Below, in pieces: positions 60,809 through 64,000 of a DNA stretch of 64,000 nt; the first letter of the stretch is position 1, and every line of letters begins with the position of its first letter. Origin of the DNA: Pirellulales bacterium (GTDB taxonomy: Bacteria; Planctomycetota; Planctomycetia; Pirellulales; PALSA-1355); NCBI GenBank assembly GCA_963733035.1, contig CAVTBU010000004.1, positions 256,001 through 320,000 on the forward strand, in the 5' to 3' direction. Below the pieces are notes generated by a model. It saw nothing but the letters and a program-made list of their open reading frames with translations. It was not told the origin of the DNA and searched no databases. The translations under genes and the position numbers were made by a program.

Positions 60809-61136
60809 AAAGCTAGTTGGCAGACTCCACAAGAGCGCACCCCTGTTTGCTGCCTTGGGCGACGAGGTCCGGCTCTCGCTGCTGGTAAAGCTTAGCGATG
60901 GGGCGTATCTCTCGATCAAGCAGCTTTCCGAGCACTCGCCAATTACTCGCCAGGCGATCACCAAGCACCTGAGAGTGCTGGAAGATGCCGGGCTCGTGCG
61001 GGGGCTGCGGCGCGGGAGGGAGAACCTGTTTCAGATTGAAGCGAAGCCGCTCAAGGAGGCAAGGGATTCGCTCGACGTCATCTCGCAGCAATGGAATGAC
61101 GCGCTCGCGCGGCTGAAAGAATTTGTCGAGGACTGA
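60789..61136 (+). CDS. ArsR/SmtB family regulator
   Basis: FAALGD..RL, ITRQAITKHLRVLEDAGLV...RRGRE. Confidence 0.9.
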   Translation: MSTTTHRKLVGRLHKSAPLFAALGDEVRLSLLVKLSDGAYLSIKQLSEHSPITRQAITKHLRVLEDAGLVRGLRRGRENLFQIEAKPLKEARDSLDVISQQWNDALARLKEFVED

Positions 61137-61285
61137 TTCTGGCGATTCCTTTTGATCGACGACCTCGCGCCTTATTGCCTAGGATGTCCTTTTACGAACC
61201 GAGGCTTCATCGAAACGCAACATAGGCTACGAATTGCTGGATATCGCGGTGCACTTCTCCCTCAATCTTCTGGTTGGAGGTTGTC

Positions 61286-61648
61286 ATGCTAAAGATTTCC
61301 AATGAAAGCGGTGGGAACGTTTTGGTCCTCGAAGCTGAACACAAGCTAACGGACGAGGACTACAAGCAGCTGCTGATACCACGGTTGGAAGCGATGCTCC
61401 AAGAGCACGGCAAAGTTCGGCTGCTGCTAGACATGGGTGATAATTTCGAAGGCTGGGAGCCCAAGGCCGCTTGGGACGACGCGCGATTTGGACTCGCGCA
61501 TCGGCAGGATTTTGAAAAGATGGCCGTGATCGCCGACCGCCGCTGGGTGGACTGGGCCCTGAAAGTTGGCTCGCTTTTCATCCATGGCGATATACGATCC
61601 TTCCTCCCAGGCCAACGAGAAGAAGCGCTTCGCTGGATCAAATCATAG
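61286..61648 (+). CDS. SpoIIAA-like (STAS/SEC14) domain protein
   Basis: KLT.EDY, GKVRLL, FEGW...AAWDD, FEKMAV, EALRW. Confidence 0.82.
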   Translation: MLKISNESGGNVLVLEAEHKLTDEDYKQLLIPRLEAMLQEHGKVRLLLDMGDNFEGWEPKAAWDDARFGLAHRQDFEKMAVIADRRWVDWALKVGSLFIHGDIRSFLPGQREEALRWIKS

Positions 61649-61675
61649 CCAATTATTACCAAGGGTGGGAAACAC

Positions 61676-62551
61676 GTGAGTCGAGCGCTCGTCGCCGGGG
61701 CAACCGGTTATCTTGGCAAATACGTCGTCCGAGAGTTTAAGAAACAAGGCTACCGGGTGCGGGCGCTGGCACGCAACCCAGAAAAGCTCAAGACCGAGGG
61801 ACCTTCGCTGGAACCCGCGGTCTTCAATCTCGTGGACGACGTCTTCGTGGGCGAGGCGACCAAACCGGATACGCTACGCGGGCTCTGCGACGGGATCGAC
61901 GTCGTTTTCTCCTCGCTCGGGATTACGCGGCAGAAGGACCGAGTCAGCTACATGGATGTGGACTATCAGGCCAATAAAAACATTCTGCAGCTTGCGGCGC
62001 GAGCGTCCGTACGAAAATTCATCTTTATCTACGGATTCAATGCTCACCTCATGCAGCATCTTGAACCGATGCGGGCCCGTGGCAAGTTCGTCGACGACCT
62101 CAAGCAGACTGATCTGGACTACACGGTGGTTTCGCCGAACGGCTTTTTCGATGATATGTCGGAGTTCCTACGGATGGCCAAGCGGGGAACGTGCTACTTG
62201 ATTGGCAACGGAACCAGTAAGATCAATCCGATTCACGGGGCCGACTTGGCCGAAGCGTGCGTCAAGGCCGCCGATTCCCAGGATCAGGAAATCCCGATCG
62301 GGGGACCAGCCATTTACTCCTATCGTGAAATCGCGGAACTCGCCTTCGACGTACTGAGCAAGCCGCCAAAGATTCGACGAATCCCGGCGTGGCTGATCGA
62401 GTGCGCTGCACCCCTAATGCGTCCCTTTAGTGCAAAGTACTATGCCGTTGCCGCAGGAATGGCAACAATCATGCAGCGGGACTTCATCGCCCCGCGGTAC
62501 GGTACGCACACGTTGAAGGATTTCTATGAGCAACTCGCGCCTCGACTTTGA
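61676..62551 (+). CDS. Atypical SDR / NAD(P)-binding oxidoreductase (divinyl-reductase/NmrA-like)
   Basis: VAGATGYLG, SSLGIT, VDYQAN, NPIHGADLA, GGP. Confidence 0.85.
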   Translation: MSRALVAGATGYLGKYVVREFKKQGYRVRALARNPEKLKTEGPSLEPAVFNLVDDVFVGEATKPDTLRGLCDGIDVVFSSLGITRQKDRVSYMDVDYQANKNILQLAARASVRKFIFIYGFNAHLMQHLEPMRARGKFVDDLKQTDLDYTVVSPNGFFDDMSEFLRMAKRGTCYLIGNGTSKINPIHGADLAEACVKAADSQDQEIPIGGPAIYSYREIAELAFDVLSKPPKIRRIPAWLIECAAPLMRPFSAKYYAVAAGMATIMQRDFIAPRYGTHTLKDFYEQLAPRL

Positions 62552-62582
62552 GCGGAGCTGCCCGAAACAGGAGTTCAACCCA

Positions 62583-63191
62583 ATGACCAACATTCCCGAC
62601 AAGTCCACTTTTGCCAAAGCCTATGCGGACAAGGCGCCCTGGGACATTGCGGGCCCCCAACCTGCATTCTTGGACGTTGCCGACCAAATCAGGGGCTCCA
62701 TTCTGGATGCTGGCTGCGGCACCGGCGAGAATGCGCTCTTCTTCGCCGAGCGGGGCAACCAGGTGACCGGGATCGACTTCCTGGAGGAACCGATCCGACG
62801 GGCACGACAAAAGGCGGCCGCTCGTGGTCTTTCAATCGACTTCATGACCATGGATGCCCTCGCGCTGGACCAACTGCCGCAAATCTTTGACAACGTGATC
62901 GATAGCGGACTGTTTCATGTTTTTAGCGACACCGATCGGCGGAAGTATGTTGCCGGACTCGCAGGATCCCTTGCGCCGGGTGGCCGCCTCTACTTGCTGT
63001 GCTTCAGCGATGAAGAACCAGGTGAAGCAGGACCGCGACGCGTTTCCAAGTCGGAGCTAACGACGGCATTTGCCAACGGTTGGAAAATCGAGTCCATTGC
63101 ACCGCAACGTTTTCAAGCCATTCCAGAATTCAAGAACATGTTTTCCGACGGTGGTCCCAAGGCTTGGTTTGTCATTGTCCAGCGACAATAA
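62583..63191 (+). CDS. Class I SAM-dependent methyltransferase
   Basis: PWDI..PQP, ILDAGCGTG, GIDF, DSGLFHVF, LAPGG. Confidence 0.9.
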   Translation: MTNIPDKSTFAKAYADKAPWDIAGPQPAFLDVADQIRGSILDAGCGTGENALFFAERGNQVTGIDFLEEPIRRARQKAAARGLSIDFMTMDALALDQLPQIFDNVIDSGLFHVFSDTDRRKYVAGLAGSLAPGGRLYLLCFSDEEPGEAGPRRVSKSELTTAFANGWKIESIAPQRFQAIPEFKNMFSDGGPKAWFVIVQRQ

Positions 63192-63294
63192 GAATCCCGA
63201 CGGCCAGGTTTCTTGGGCCCGTCCCAACAGCCGGCATACGTACGGGGCACAGGGCCGTGCATATTTGCCGCATCCACCCAGACCGAGGGAAACG

Positions 63295-63780
63295 ATGCAA
63301 CTTCATTCCCTGAAGATCGACAAGCCCCAGGACGTCAACTTTATTCTCGGCCAAACGCATTTCATCAAGTCGGTCGAGGATATTCACGAGGCCCTGGTCG
63401 GGGCCGCCGCGGGCATCAAGTTTGGATTGGCGTTTTGCGAAGCCTCGGGAAAATGCCTCGTGCGCTGGTCGGGCACGGATCCCCAGATGGTTGACCTGGC
63501 AAAGCGGAATGCGATTGCGATTTCGGCCGGCCACTCGTTTATCGTCTTCCTGGGCGAGGGCTTCTTCCCGCTCAACGTGTTGAACGCCCTGAAGATGGTA
63601 CCTGAGGTGTGCCGCATCTTCTGCGCCACGGCAAATCCGACGGAGGTAATTCTTGCCGAAACGGAATTGGGCCGAGGGATTCTGGGCGTGGTCGACGGTT
63701 TCACTTCCCAGGGGATTGAAGACGAGGACGGAATCCAATGGCGGAGAGACTTTTTACGTCAGATTGGCTACAAGCTCTGA
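63295..63780 (+). CDS. Adenosine-specific kinase (DUF355)
   Basis: ILGQTHFIKSVED, FGLAFCEASG, AGHSF, EVCRIFCATANP, GRGILGVVDG, IGYK. Confidence 0.85.
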   Translation: MQLHSLKIDKPQDVNFILGQTHFIKSVEDIHEALVGAAAGIKFGLAFCEASGKCLVRWSGTDPQMVDLAKRNAIAISAGHSFIVFLGEGFFPLNVLNALKMVPEVCRIFCATANPTEVILAETELGRGILGVVDGFTSQGIEDEDGIQWRRDFLRQIGYKL

Positions 63781-63933
63781 CCGGCTCATCCGCCGCTCGA
63801 TGCCGTGGCGAACGAAAACGGATTGGCGATGCTATATTGCGCGTTCGAAAGCGATTCAACCGGCGTCGCTAATGCGCCGACGAAGCGGCTAGGCTCGACA
63901 ATCGTTGCCCTGTAGACCGGAGGCATGCCCATC

Positions 63934-64000
63934 ATGTCGGAACTGCGATTTGACATGGCCACCAACGATTGGGTCGTATTTGCGCCGTCCCGCGCTCTAC
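63934..64000 (+). CDS. galT: Galactose-1-phosphate uridylyltransferase-like protein, N-terminus (runs off the window)
   Basis: MSELRFDMATNDWVVFAPSRA resembles the GalT start (ELR....T..WV..A..RA); GGAGG upstream. Confidence 0.6.
   Translation, partial: MSELRFDMATNDWVVFAPSRAL

Overview
GC-rich bacterial accessory region, most likely from a planctomycete (a 2,254-aa secreted protein carries the Planctomycete extracellular 'LRLEALEQRHLL' motif). No intact tRNA, rRNA, CRISPR array, transposase or integrase gene is visible. Three direct-orientation 3' fragments of tRNA-Pro(GGG) (9719, 21114, 25655), flanked by arm-type and IHF-like sites, mark stacked integrase-free islands. Island A (about 9.8-21.1 kb) carries a seven-gene cluster: class I HMG-CoA-reductase-like, DUF3419/BtaA-like, phytol/dolichol-kinase-like, RPH/PigC-type PEP-utilising enzyme, UbiA-like, OleC-like adenylating enzyme and YghO-like GNAT. 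It looks like a lipid or small-molecule biosynthetic pathway that I cannot match to a characterised one, and it is the best novelty candidate. Island B (21.2-25.7 kb) has a MarR-controlled QueG/RdhA-like + SCP2 + FNR + 2Fe-2S fusion enzyme and an alpha/beta hydrolase. The rest comprises a MEDS/PAS two-component module, catabolic dehydrogenases, a TolC/RND/MFP efflux system with a two-component system, a nitrate locus (NarX-P-box kinase and FixJ-like regulator, NarK, NirA-rubredoxin-Rieske-FNR fusion, 4Fe-4S/DmsC anchor, NasA), a triple-repeat beta-helix surface protein, TetR/P450, SRPBCC/ArsR and small enzymes. Five frameshifts all sit at GCGC sites and are probably sequencing artefacts. All product calls come from motif recognition by eye; no database searches were run.
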